Assembly (NCBI GenBank): GCA_950097015.1
Contig: CATNEN010000010.1
Location: forward strand, 2,294,001-2,358,000
DNA length: 64,000 nucleotides
From: Macrostomum hystrix
Taxonomy: Eukaryota; Animalia; Platyhelminthes
Reading direction: 5' to 3'
Part shown: positions 38,101-50,206 of the stretch, one piece after another
Layout of the letters: each line of letters begins with the position of its first letter
Numbering within the stretch: position 1 is the first letter of the stretch
Program-made: the position numbers and the translations under genes
The notes under the pieces: model-generated
What the model saw: only the letters and a program-made list of their open reading frames with translations
Told to the model about the DNA's origin: nothing
The model's database searches: none

Positions 38101-40002
38101 CAGCTCCCGGCTGTTCCGCGAAGGCGGCCTCTCGCCGTCGCAGGTCACGGCGGCCAACATGGCCCGCGCGGTCAGTCGCCGGTTCTGGGCTCTGGTGCAG
38201 GAGTCCGTGGAGGCTCAGTCGGACGCGTTGAAGGCGCTCAGATTCAACCTGGAGACGGAGTGGAAGCACCGGTTTCCTGGCAGACGGCAGTGCTCAAGGT
38301 TGGAGCTGTTTGAGAAGGCACGGTCGGACCTGCTGGATGAGGTGATGGCTCTCAGCGCCCTGCCGGCTGAGGTAAGCGGCGAGAACCAGGGATAATCGTG
38401 AGGGCCAGTTTTGTGGAGAGGAGAGTAAGAGGAGCGGATTTAGCTACAGGGAGCAGATTAAGATACAGGGAGCTTGATGACAGAAGCATACTTTTAAGAA
38501 CATTCACGAATGCATCCGCCCGCCCGTCCGCAGCGCTGGGAGGCGGCCTTCCATGACAGCCTGTCCGGCCCGCTGCTGTCGCACGCGCTCGACCTGCTCC
38601 TAGAAGCGGAGACCGGCGGCCCCGAAGCTGGCGGCGAGGAATTGCGGCCGGAGCTGCTGCAGACCCGGCTGGACATCGGCCTGCGCCGCTGGGTGGAGAC
38701 GGAGCTGCCCAGCCAGAGCGTGGCCACCGGCTGGGCGGTGCTCTACAAGCAGCTGGCAGCCCTGACCGCTGCCGCAGGCGGAGATCCCGTCCTGGAGCCG
38801 CTCTGCTCGGCCGTGCGAGCCGAGGCGCAAAAGTCCCACCACTGGGATCCGAAGGCGGAGGGCGCCCTGCGGGTGCTGCAGTCGGCGGCGCTGCTGGACG
38901 AAGGCGCCGAGCCGAGCCGGGCCGACTGGGACTCGGCTGTGGCGCTGCTGAGGCGGGCGCTGCAGCAGCGGCTGGCTGAGACCGAGGCCGAGCTCAGCAG
39001 AGTTTGCGGCCCCACTGGCTGGGCCGCTTGGCGAAGGGCGCCGACACCCGAGCAGCGCCGGCTGGCCAGGCTGGTGCGGGCACTGAGAACCACAGCTGCC
39101 GCATCCAGTGAGTCCCGCTGGCTCCTTTCGTCATGTGATGCCTGGGAGAACTGCTCTTCTACTCATCTGGTCCTTATTTGGAAACTCCTCCATCCATTCC
39201 TGGTTATAAAGGATCCCTGTCCTTCAGTCTGGTCATAGAGGAATTCCGATTTATTTGTCAGATATCTAGATAAACATTTCAGTCTATTAGTCTGCTGCTT
39301 GAGTATTTTTATTTCCTTGAACCGAAAAAATACTTTAAAGCCATTCGCGACATTCCCAAATTCGATTCCCCTCTAAATTCTACTCTCCGCGCAGCCTCCG
39401 CTGCATTCCCGGCTGCCAACCTGTCGCCAGCCGACCTCGTCGCTGCCAGGCGCTGCTTCGCCAGCATCGCCGGCGAGGCACCATCAGATGTCGCAGGCGA
39501 ATCATCGTCTTCTTCATCAGCTGCTTCCACCACCGACGAAGAGCTGCGCGCCGCCTGGCCGCTGGTTCGCCGACAGATGGCGCTGCGGGCCGGCCTGGCC
39601 AACTGTGACCAATGCGCCCGCATGTTCTACCACCACCAGCAGCACCTGCCCTCCGCAGCCGCCTGCGCCGCCGTGCCCTACTTTCACCGGGTCGGCCGCA
39701 TGCTGGACGCTACCAGCTCAGCGCTGCGCCAGCAGGCCGTCAACAATGAGACTCGTCGACTCGAACGCGCCGTCAGCGAGGCGCTCGCCGGGCTAGCGGC
39801 CGAGCCCGGCCGGCTGCGCGAGTCCCTTCGCGGCCGAAGCGTCCAGCTGGCCGAAGACATTCAGAGCGTCCGGCTGGCCGAGGAAAAGCTGGACAGATTC
39901 ATCGAGGCGCTGAACTCCGCGGCCGCGTCTACAATTGAAGATCAAGCCGCCGACGTCGACGGCGACAGTGGCGGTTTCAAGTCGCGGCGAGAGCTCGCAT
40001 AG
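32124..40002 (+). CDS. OPA1: Mitochondrial dynamin-like GTPase OPA1
   Basis: Phase-consistent exons 32124-32513, 35265-35319, 35846-36332, 37157-37556, 37958-38371, 38534-39107, 39395-40002. G1 [21 protein letters not shown]3 DLPG, G4 TKMD; C-terminal [21 protein letters not shown]; Arg-rich presequence. Confidence 0.96.
32595..33390. repeat. 17-bp minisatellite (CATGACCCCATGACTAC) in OPA1 intron 1
   Basis: Tandem copies with a ~255-bp higher-order duplication. Confidence 0.96.
33530..34890 (-). pseudogene. Decayed Cys-rich ORF antisense within OPA1 intron 1, possibly a CxC3/KDZ-transposon relic
   Basis: Fragments [26 protein letters not shown] (B-box-like), [22 protein letters not shown] and a coiled coil [18 protein letters not shown], separated by stops and frameshifts. 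Confidence 0.4.
35419..35735 (+). mobile_element. tRNA-derived CORE-type SINE (family 1), full length, in OPA1 intron 2
   Basis: B-box GGTTCGATTCC, CORE-like centre, (TTA)n tail, and TSD ATTATTAGGATA on both sides. Confidence 0.92.
36358..36770. repeat. ~17-bp minisatellite (AATGACCCAATGACTAG) in OPA1 intron 3
   Basis: Tandem copies; remnants resume after the SINE at ~37112-37145. Confidence 0.94.
36771..37112 (+). mobile_element. tRNA-derived SINE family 2 copy
   Basis: Head GTGGTAGAGCGGTTAACGCG..GAGCTCGATT, body AGAGAAGGCTT..CTGACGATGAGAAAGTCAG and end CCCGCAGCCCTCCTGCAA(TTA)n; matches 43556-43920 and 58730-59105. Confidence 0.9.
37615..37935. repeat. 13/26-bp pyrimidine-rich minisatellite (CCATCCGCCTGTT/CCATCCGCCCCTT) in OPA1 intron 4
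   Basis: Tandem copies up to the acceptor at 37957. Confidence 0.93.
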
Positions 40003-40687
40003 TCGGCGGAGAAGAAGTGCTTCGCAGACGGCCCGCGGTTTCGGCTGCGGGTGATCGGTGTACTTTTGTGGCAGTTCGATCCTGGATTCTCTATGATCTT
40101 GACTGGCTCTGAAATGTGATTTGCCATTTGAGTTTTCTTTTGCTTTAGAGCTTATTTTTATTCTGCTGACCCTCTCGCTACTACCGCAAGTAGCAAGCAG
40201 TGGAAGACGAGTTTTGTATAATTTTTTCTTTTGTCAAGAGAAAATTATGCGCTTTGGCCTGTGCTTAAAACGTTTGTTGAGAAATAGTTTCTGTTGAAAA
40301 TAATTCTTTCTACATTTTCTTTCTGAATTTCTGTCTAAATGAGCATATACTTATTGCGCAACTGCCTACTGTCATGGCATACTTTCAGTGGTATCGCTCG
40401 TATTTTAATCAACAACTTCGCTTAATTTTTCTTGATTGCGTTGCATCATTATTAGCTCGTATTTCTGGCGCCGTTTAGTAGCGTGTACAAAAATAATAAC
40501 ACGGCAGAGCTAACGTTAATAGAGACACCTACACTCGGCTGTATTTTCATGCTTATTGCGTTTCAAATATAATTATCCCGCTTTGCATTCTGTTTAGTAC
40601 TGTACACTTCATCCTTACAAATGATTGCGGCCTGCAATGCGTTTTATTAGCTCACAATTACTTTCTGTGAAAGCTGAAACATGTTAT

Positions 40688-42295
40688 TTGGGATCACGGC
40701 ACTCTTGACTTAGTTGGGATCATGGCACTCTTGACTTAGTTGGGATCATGGCACTCTTGACTCAGTTGGGATCATGGCACTCTTGACTCAGTTGGGATCA
40801 TGGCACTCTTGACTCTGTTGGGATCATGACACCATGACTCGGTTGGGATCATGGCACTCTTGACTCGGTTGGGATCATGACACTCTTGACTCGGTTGGGA
40901 TCATGACACTCTTGACTCTGTTGGGATCATGACACTCTTGACTCTGTTGGGATCATGACACTCTTGACTCTGTTGGGATCATGACACCATGACTCTGTTG
41001 GGATCATGGCACTCTTGACTTAGTTGGGATCATGACACTCTTGACTCTGTTGGGATCATGACACCATGACTCTGTTGGGATCATGGCACTCTTGACTCAG
41101 TTGGGATCATGGCACTCTTGACTCAGTTGGGATCATGACACTCTTGACTTAGTTGGGATCATGACACTCTTGACTTAGTTGGGATCATGACACTATTGAC
41201 TCAGTTGGGATCAATACACTCTTGACTTAGTTGGGATCATGACACTCTTGACTTAGTTGGGATCACGGCACTCTTGACTTAGTTGGGATCATGGCACTCT
41301 TGACTTAGTTGGGATCATGGCACTCTTGACTCAGTTGGGATCATGGCACTCTTGACTCAGTTGGGATCATGGCACTCTTGACTCTGTTGGGATCATGACA
41401 CCATGACTCGGTTGGGATCATGGCACTCTTGACTCGGTTGGGATCATGACACCATGACTCGGTTGGGATCATGGCACTCTTGACTCGGTTGGGATCATGA
41501 CACTCTTGACTCGGTTGGGATCATGACACTCTTGACTCTGTTGGGATCATGACACTCTTGACTCTGTTGGGATCATGACACCATGACTCTGTTGGGATCA
41601 TGGCACTCTTGACTTAGTTGGGATCATGACACTCTTGACTCTGTTGGGATCATGACACCATGACTCTGTTGGGATCATGGCACTCTTGACTCAGTTGGGA
41701 TCATGGCACTCTTGACTCAGTTGGGATCATGACACTCTTGACTTAGTTGGGATCATGACACTCTTGACTTAGTTGGGATCATGACACTATTGACTCAGTT
41801 GGGATCAATACACTCTTGACTTAGTTGGGATCATGACACTCTTGACTTAGTTGGGATCATGACACTCTTGACTTAGTTGGGATCATGACACTATTGACTC
41901 AGTTGGGATCAATACACTCTTGACTTAGTTGGGATCATGGCACTCTTGACTTAGTTGGGATCATGACACTATTGACTCAGTTGGGATCATGACACTATTG
42001 ACTCAGTTGGGATCAATGCACTCTTGACTCAGTTGGGATCATGGCACTCTTGACTCTGTTGGGATCATGGCACTCTTGACTCTGTTGGGATCATGGCACT
42101 CTTGACTCTGTTGGGATCATGGCAGTCTTGACTCTGTTGGGATCATGACACCATGACTCTGTTGGGATCATGGCACTCTTGACTCAGTTGGGATCATGGC
42201 ACTCTTGACTCTGTTGGGATCATGGCACTCTTGACTCTGTTGGGATCATGGCACTCTTGACTCAGTTGGGATCATGACTCTCTTGACTCATGACT
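40688..42295. repeat. 26-bp minisatellite (GTTGGGATCATGGCACTCTTGACTCA)
   Basis: About 60 tandem copies, with a ~570-bp higher-order duplication marked by the CACGGC variant at 40695 and 41264. Confidence 0.97.
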
Positions 42296-42999
42296 CATGC
42301 GTGACACCACTTGAAATCCCATTGGGTTCATGACACGCTCGATTATTTTAGGATCATAGCACGCTTGAGGCCCCACTAGCATGATGATGGCCCCAGTATT
42401 AGGATCAGCAGGTAGTGATGTTGAGTTAAGGTGTGCAGCCCTAATTAGCTGTTTACTGGGCAGTGCCGTAGCTGTCTGCAACTGAGTCCACGAGTCGATT
42501 CGGCTTGAGCAGTGCCGCGGCCAGCTCAGTCTCTCAGCAGCGCCCTCACTACAGGCGTCCTCAAAGTCCTATTTGATTTAGTTCCAAGCCTGGCAGCCCC
42601 TCTCAGTCCAGTTAGAAGCGATTCATGCCAACTTGCTGTTATTGAATTACGATGAGTCTGTGCTCAGATGCCCCAGCCCGCCGCTGTTGAATTTGAGAGC
42701 GCGGAATTAGAGTGGGGCTGGGAAATAATGACATTAGACCTCAGGTCGGTAACGAACTTGTCCTGTAATTCAATATTAGAAAAAACTGCCTGAAATTGAA
42801 CGCGCACCGCGCCACACACCCGACGCCTCCCCTGAAGTCTCCTCTGAGGCCTGGCGAAATGGGAAAATATTTATTTTCACTGAATTCCCCCTGCAGCGGT
42901 TGTAGAGAAGTTGAAGGCATTCATAATTTATTGCAGTCTGTTAGGCTCGCTTTGTTGGGACTGGGAACTGACCCTGGGTCATGTCCCTTCCCGTGCTTT

Positions 43000-43550
43000 G
43001 ATGGCACCTTGACTAGATTGTCCTTAGATCTAATGGCATCTTGACCTTGATTGCCTTTGGGATCTAATAAGACCTTGACTAGATTATCCTTGGATCTCAT
43101 GGCACCTTGACTAGATTGTCCTTGGGATCTAATAAGACCTTGACTAGATTATCCTTGGATCTCATGGCACCTTGACTAGATTGTCCTTGGGATCTAATAA
43201 GACCTTGACTAGATTGTCCATGGATCTAATGGCACCTTGACTAGATTGTCCATGGATCTAATGGCACCTTGACTAGATTGTCCATGGATCTAATGGCACC
43301 TTGATTAGATTGTCCTTGGATCTAATGGCACCTTGACTAGATTGTCCTTGGGATCTAATAAGACCTTGACTAGATTGTCCTTGGATCTAATGGCACCTTG
43401 ACTAGATTATCCTTGGAGCTAATGGCACCTTGACTAGATTATCCTTGGAGCTAATGGCACCTTGACTAGATTGTCCATGAGATCTAATGGCACCTTGACT
43501 AGATTGTCCTTGGATCTAATGGCACCTTGGTATCCTTGGATCTAATGGCT
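43000..43550. repeat. 32/33-bp minisatellite (GGATCTAATGGCACCTTGACTAGATTGTCCTT)
   Basis: About 17 tandem copies; one further unit at ~43930-43965 beyond the SINE. Confidence 0.96.
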
Positions 43551-43555
43551 CCTAA

Positions 43556-43920
43556 CGGGGTCAGTGGCAGAGCGGTTAATGCGGTTGCCTCTAGTACCAA
43601 GGTCTATGAGCTTTTTTTCGCGGCGAGGCCACATTAAATTGGGGCGCAGCCTCGGAGAGAAGGCTTGGGGGCTTGTCGTGCAATTTACGCCCTTGAGGGC
43701 CTGCATTCAAGGTACAGTGAAAGTGGACTGAGAAAGTCAGGGCAGATGTACACACATGTACAAGTGTGTGCGTGTGTGCTCAGGAGTCAGCAAAATTGGC
43801 AGAATTGCCTCCTCGCTGGCTGCGGGTCTAGTGTCACCAAATGGTGTACCATTGCCCAAACCCTCCTTCAAAAATAATAAGTAAACAGTAATGATGAGTA
43901 ATAAAAATAATAATAATAGC
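43556..43920 (+). mobile_element. tRNA-derived SINE family 2 copy
   Basis: Collinear with 36771-37112 and with the reverse complement of 58730-59105; A-rich tail. Confidence 0.9.
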
Positions 43921-46900
43921 ACTTAATCAGTCCTTGGGATCTAATGGCGCCTTGGCTAGATTATTGGCATTGGCATTCAATTAGGTTCTAAAAAATGGCA
44001 TATCGATTTTGAGTACCCCTGCCAAGTATCCAAGTGCTCCAGCCCAACATTGAGCTGCTCGCAAATCAATCGCTTTCACACTGGCCCTCTGGGAGAAAGT
44101 TGTAGCTGAGCTTTCTGCTGTTCCCCAGTGATTTCTCAGTTGAAAGTAGCTCTCCCTAACTCGCAAACTCAACTTGCTCGGACTGGTTAGTTTATTGAGC
44201 ACAGGGGCTAGTACTGCTGTGTCGCCACTGCCTCAGCAGTTGTCGGACGCGGGTGAGCAGGGGCTAACTGAGTTTGCTGGGGCGGCTGAGCATATTTGAG
44301 AGTTCAGTTTCAGTTAAATAAAGTAAAAGTGTAGCTAAGCCCTTGCCCGATCTACACCAGGGCTACACCAGGGCTGTTGTTCCGTGCTCAGAAATCCCCA
44401 ATTCTCAATGACGCCCTCCCCGGCCCAGTCCAGTATAGAGGCTTTGAGCTTGAGCTGTGGGCAGTTTTTGGGAAGTGAGCAAGTGTGTCCCTTCCCTCAT
44501 TCCCCCATTTTATTACTTATTCACTTCAATCAATTCCCTTATTTCCTTAGCGAAGGGGTTTAGCTAACTAACTGAAATCCCTCCTCCTCTCTCCCCTCTG
44601 CCCGGCCTGAAGCTTGTCGCTTCCCTCTCCTCCGCTCCCCCAGCCCCGAATCTAGTAATTTATTCATTTTCCAAGTTTTACTTAATAAGTCGGGGACACG
44701 GCCGGCAGATGGGGAACCAGCCGCCCCTTCCCTCCCCTCATCCCCCGCCGACCAGAGCTAGGGGTGGGAATAGGGAAGAAGGCGGATTTGCATCTTACAC
44801 CGCGGTCCCCAGACCCTTCCAACTTGTCTATCTGCACACACACACGCTGTATTAACTCCCCCTAATCACTGCCCATCTGTGCGGCCCGCAGCACCGGGGT
44901 CGCGTTCATTGGACAAATTCGAAGCGAGCGCCCACCCCACTCCGCAGCCCAAAACATTCCCAGTCCTTACTGACTCATTCAATCATTTATTCCATTTCTC
45001 TGATTCTTTATTCCCCTGCCCCACCAGCCCTAAATATATCCCCTAGTCAGTCATTTGCTTCCTTTTCAAACTCGAAAAGCCGGACAAGCAGCAACCCCCG
45101 GCCCTGGGACTGGATTCCTTCCCCTCTAGCCGAAGACCCCTCAGTTTAGCGCGCGCTCGGCGGGCCCCGTCATTAATTCGAGTCTCCTTTTTAGTCATTG
45201 GCGCCCCACCCCACCCTCCGGCCCTCACCCCGGCCGGACTGATATATTGAATTTGTACATTGGGCTCGCTATCATTTCCAATTCCAATAGGCCCGCCCGC
45301 CCCGCGCCCCAGCCCCACTCCCTGTTCATTTCTTATTTGTTAAAAAGAACTGGCCAGCCCCCCCCCAAGTCCATTTCATTGGGTTTTAGGATTCGATTCC
45401 TGCCTGAACTGCCTCTCTGACTCATTGGGTCTTCGCTAGGGCTGTATTATATTATATATTTAATAAAAGCCTGGCCAAATAGATCAAGCCCTCAAGCCTC
45501 CAGCCCCCGCTTTATCGCCAACAGCCAGAGAACTAGACTTTCTTCTCTGCCTTTCTGTGTTTTGCCGCAAATCACTTTTGCTTTCGATCGGATCTGCGCA
45601 AAAAATTCAATCGATAAATCAATTATTGGTTTGATATCGAGTTGAGACTGACAGGTGCCAGTTTAGTTGGCTATTCGGCAGCTGGAAATCTCCGAGGCAC
45701 GCAGGCGGAGCTGCAACACCAGTTCGTGTCCCACCGGTAAGTGCTCTGTTTCCCAATTTGCCATGCATCAAACTGACATGAAGTCCATGGCGTGTGGCGC
45801 GTGTCCAACAACACGGATTGCGCCCGGCGCTGTGTTGCCACGCTGAGACTGACTGGCCAGTCTGGGTTGGGGCCGCGATCCTTGAAAAGACAAAGAGCAT
45901 GGCTTTCGGATAAGGGACGCGGCTTTTGGGAGCCATATTAAGTTTTAGTGTCTATCTGCGGACTTATTGCTTTCCCTGTTTCTGATCCTGCGGTATTCGC
46001 AAAGTTGGTATAATAACTTGAAGCAGCAGCGGCAGTACTTGTCCAGTTTACATCGGTTCGGTCCTGGGGCTGCAGATGCTTAGTTGCAAGTGGCAATTGC
46101 AGTTCACTATTGCAGTTGCACTGAGGCCCAGGCCTCAATAAATAAATGAGAGGCCGACCGGACCCTACATTTTCAACTGGGCCCGCACCTTAGTCATTAA
46201 AATTCTCCCCCTCACTCGTGTCTCTCTTACTCCTTAGTTAAATCTCCCCTTCATTGCATCAGCTCCCTATTTTCCTGTCCTCCCTTTCCCACTGAGGAGC
46301 CTGGCTGTGGGCCCTATAAAATTGTTTGGGCTCCGAAAATATTGCCAACATGGGAGATGCTAGCGACTTGAGGCCCTCGCAGTTCACGCACGCGCGGGCC
46401 CGATAAACATGCAGGCTGGCATATGCAAATATAAATTAGGTAATAAAAACCCTTGCATCCTAGGAGGGGAGAAATAGAAGGAATTAATCAAATTCCCCGC
46501 CAAAACTCCCCTAGCCCGCCGCCTCTTTGCTAAAGGGGGCCGCCCACCCCCCTCCTCCTCAGTCATGACTAACTCCAATAACCAGTAATAAATTGAATAA
46601 TAAAATTCGGCCTCGAATAGTGGAGGGGGTGGGTGCACAACCGAGCCCGGAGTTCCCCCCGAAGATAGGGAAACACAGGGTGGTGCAAACTGCTTTTGCA
46701 AAGCCGAAAGACACAGAAGGCAGACAAAGAGCTAATTAAATTAAGTCACTTCACCTAGCACCGGCTGGTTCCCCTGCTACAAACAACACGAGGCAAGGAC
46801 TAAGACTTATTGCTAGTTTGCATTCGCACCGAGGCTTAGTTCCACACTCTCAAAGTCACAATTAGATTTAGAAATTTCTACTAAAAGCAAGAGAGAAATA

Positions 46901-48706
46901 AAGGCAGTAGACATTGCCTCTGCGCAGTGATCGAATATTTTGTTCTCGACTAGAAAGATATCTGCGGACAAACAATTATAAATCCTTGTTTGCCCGAACG
47001 CTGAAGACAGAAACCATTATTATTTTAAATTCGCGCCATTTTTAGATGTCGAATCTAGTATGTGCGTTAAATACGATCCTCAGATTTGCTTATTTTCGAA
47101 GCGCAACACGCAGAAAGTAAAATTGGACTTTTTAACGAACTGAACTTTGTCGATTTTGAGTTTTATTTGAAGTTAAACAGACAACGAAAAGCAGCAATGC
47201 TCTATGCAAATTATCTAGCATCTGCATCTGCAGCCCTTGCCTAGTGAATAATGGGAGAGTTTTTGCCAGTCGCAAAAATTTTTCTCTAGTTTGTAGTTCG
47301 GTCGGCCGAAAAATTCACGACTCGAGTGATCCTCCCTCAGCAGGACTAAAGTTGTGTTTATGTACATAATATAATTATTACAAACTCAGCCCCGCTGAGC
47401 ACAGCTCTAGCTAAAGTCGAGTAGCAATTTACTAAGCCGAACAACTAGTGAGTGAGTAGTGACTGATACCGCCGTGCGGCATTGGTTGGTAGCTTCCTAG
47501 TTTAGAAAATTTCTAACCAAAGTAGCAGTGTCCAACTCAGTGAAATTCGCTCTATGCGAAAAATCCAATCAACTACATGGTAATTAAGCCAGCGCCCTGC
47601 TCTGGCGGGCCTTGGCTGACTCGGAGCCAGCCCGATCGGTCTTCCCTGGCTATAATTAATATAATGCAGAGGCTGCAATTATTATTACCGTTAGTGAGTG
47701 ATTATTCTGATACTGGCCAGCTCCCCCAGTAAATCTAATAATTAAAACTGCGGTCTGTCATGCGATTTGATCAGAATTTATTACATGAACGCTGCGGCCA
47801 CCCCTGCCACGGCCTAGACTTGTGCAGCCAAAGTGAGATTCCGAGTTGGGGGAAAAGAGAGCGGAGAAGATCCCCAAGGCTCCGGGGGGATGTTTTTGCA
47901 ATCGTAAACGAATTTTTTGTTTCCCACGCGTCGCCCATCAAAGCCGGGACCGTTGGTACAGTCACCGACCGGGCGACCCGAAGTTTTTTTGTTTCAAAAA
48001 TACGGGAAAGAAAAATTGGGATTTGGGAAGTCGCTCCCTACGCCCCATCTCTAATTATTGGCCTACTGATCCCTATTAAAAACTTCGTTGAAATAATAGC
48101 TAGCGGAGAGCTAGGCAGCAGCGATTCTGAATAGCGTGCAGCCGCGCATCTCCGAGATGACGGCAGGTGCACGCGATGCGCTCGGCATGGGATAATAGGG
48201 ATAATAGCTATAATAGCGATGGCAGAGTAGGCAGAAAGGTAGCGAGAAGCAAAAGAAAAGATTTCAAGTAGTCGCAAATCGCTTTCCTATTGCGCAGGCG
48301 GGCGATCACTATCACTGCCCGTGTGCAACTTTTACAAGAAGGCCGAAGTTGCTGAACTAATTGAATGCCGAGCTGTTCTGCTGCTTTTAGCGCAGTGCCT
48401 TGTAATCAGAAAATAGCAGATTTCTCTGTCGCACAGGCGGAGCAGTTTGATACCTCCGATCGGCTATTTTTGTCCTGTTTATTTTCGTGTCACTGCGCAG
48501 CATTGCCTTGTGATCTGCAGCATAACTAATAATACATGATTAGTTAGGCCAGCTGCTGCTGCTGAGTTCAGCCCGAGATCGTCAACAGTCAGCTGAACAT
48601 ATTTATGAACGCTTAATTATGAACGCTTTCTAACGGGTGGGTCCAGCTGAAGCCACTCCAGCCACTCCCTGAACTCTCACCCGCAGACCGCACGCATCAG
48701 CGCATC

Positions 48707-50206
48707 ATGGACGACGCTTGCCGTGACCTGCTGTGTCGCTACGTGGGTCAGGCCAGCGCCATTAATTGCCTGGAGCTCTGCGGCTACGCCAACGCCCGCG
48801 TCCTCCAAGGCCTCACCGACGCCGAGATCGACAACGTTGAACGATTCGTGCGCGACGCCTGCCAGCTGATGCCGCAGGAGGAGCGCGTCGGCTACGTTGG
48901 CCAGATATTCGCCGACTGCCCGGACCAGTTCCGCTTCCCGGCCGGCACCCGCAAGGGTATCCTGGTGGGCGTGCAAAGCCTGCGCGAGCGCCTGGACAAG
49001 GCCACGCAGACTGCGGCAGACTCTGAGGCACCGGCGCACATGACAGCCGGCCTTGAGGCCCTCTCAGCGGAGGCGCAACAGCAACTGCTGGCAGCCTGCA
49101 TGAGTCTGGGCGCCCATCCGGCGCTCTGCGGGTTCCCCATGCTGCCCGGGATGGGCGGCGGCGGCGGCGGAATGTCAGATCTGTTCGGCCATTTGCAGCA
49201 GCAGCAGCACGTCTTGGGAATGCCGATTTCTTTCACAGCCAAGCAGCAGCAGCAGCAACAGCAGCAACAGCAGTCAGCCAGGCGTCAGCAGCAACAGCAG
49301 CAGCAGCACTCCCCGACCCAGACTCAAATGCCCGTCACCCAACCTCTAAGGCTTCATCATTACCAGCCACAGCAGCAGCAGCAGCAGCAGCAGCAGTCAC
49401 GAGCTCCGTTGACTCCAGAGGAGGCCACATCAGCAGCATCGCTGGACAACGCAACTGGAACGGCTGGCGGACGCGACGGCAGCGGCAGTGGTAGCGGAGG
49501 AAACGGTGTCGCCGGCTCTCCGCCCGACGGTTCCACGGCGCTGATGATGTCGGACTTCGGCGGCTGCCTTGGCGAAGTTGACCTGGAGAAGCTGCGCGCC
49601 AGGTCGGCCGCCTCCGTGCTGCGGCTGAGCTCCAAGCAGTTCGAGGCCGCCCAGCTCACCGAGGGCGTCGACTTTGACATCCAGCTGGAGGTTCAGCCTG
49701 GTGGCGAGGATGGCGGTCGGCGCGTGTCGGGTGTCTATCACTGCCACCTGTGCAAGGTGAAACGGGATCGAACCTCCGCCGTTCGCTTCTCGGTGGCCAA
49801 GAATCGCTACCCGGTGGTCAGCAACATCATGTCGCACCTGAAGATGCACTTCCCGCTGAGGCCAGCGCCAGCCCACAGTCCATCTGCCGAAGCTCTGCTC
49901 GGTCCGCAGAGTCAGCAGCACCAGCTGCAGCAGTCGCCGCTGCCGCCGCACTCTGCCCACCTGGGCTGCTTCCCCTCCATGGTGCCTATGGCCGGCCTGC
50001 AGCAGATGTGGGCCGCTGGCCTCAAGCCATCCGCGGCTGCCGCTGCTGCCGCTGCCGCCGCTGCTGCCGCGGCCGCAGCTTCGATGGGCGGTGGCGGCGC
50101 CGGTAGCGGCGAGGCAGGCGACTCGCCAACGGCATCGCCGCCGATCTGGGCGAAGCCGGAGCCGGAGGCTGTGCGTAGCGCCAGCCCATTGGGAGCCGCT
50201 GACTGA
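48707..50206 (+). CDS. Intronless Q/A-rich protein with an N-terminal helical domain and a long-spacer C2H2 (BED-like) zinc finger (499 aa)
   Basis: Intact GC-rich ORF; C-x2-C-x27-H-x3-H (YHCHLC...VVSNIMSHLKMH); polyQ and polyA tracts; C-terminal WAKPEP. Confidence 0.85.
   Translation: MDDACRDLLCRYVGQASAINCLELCGYANARVLQGLTDAEIDNVERFVRDACQLMPQEERVGYVGQIFADCPDQFRFPAGTRKGILVGVQSLRERLDKATQTAADSEAPAHMTAGLEALSAEAQQQLLAACMSLGAHPALCGFPMLPGMGGGGGGMSDLFGHLQQQQHVLGMPISFTAKQQQQQQQQQQSARRQQQQQQQHSPTQTQMPVTQPLRLHHYQPQQQQQQQQQSRAPLTPEEATSAASLDNATGTAGGRDGSGSGSGGNGVAGSPPDGSTALMMSDFGGCLGEVDLEKLRARSAASVLRLSSKQFEAAQLTEGVDFDIQLEVQPGGEDGGRRVSGVYHCHLCKVKRDRTSAVRFSVAKNRYPVVSNIMSHLKMHFPLRPAPAHSPSAEALLGPQSQQHQLQQSPLPPHSAHLGCFPSMVPMAGLQQMWAAGLKPSAAAAAAAAAAAAAAAASMGGGGAGSGEAGDSPTASPPIWAKPEPEAVRSASPLGAAD

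Noticed and set aside
40688-43550. CRISPR-like arrays (26-33 bp repeats here and elsewhere)
   Set aside because: The units are directly adjacent with no unique spacers, no cas genes are present, and the context is eukaryotic; these are minisatellites.
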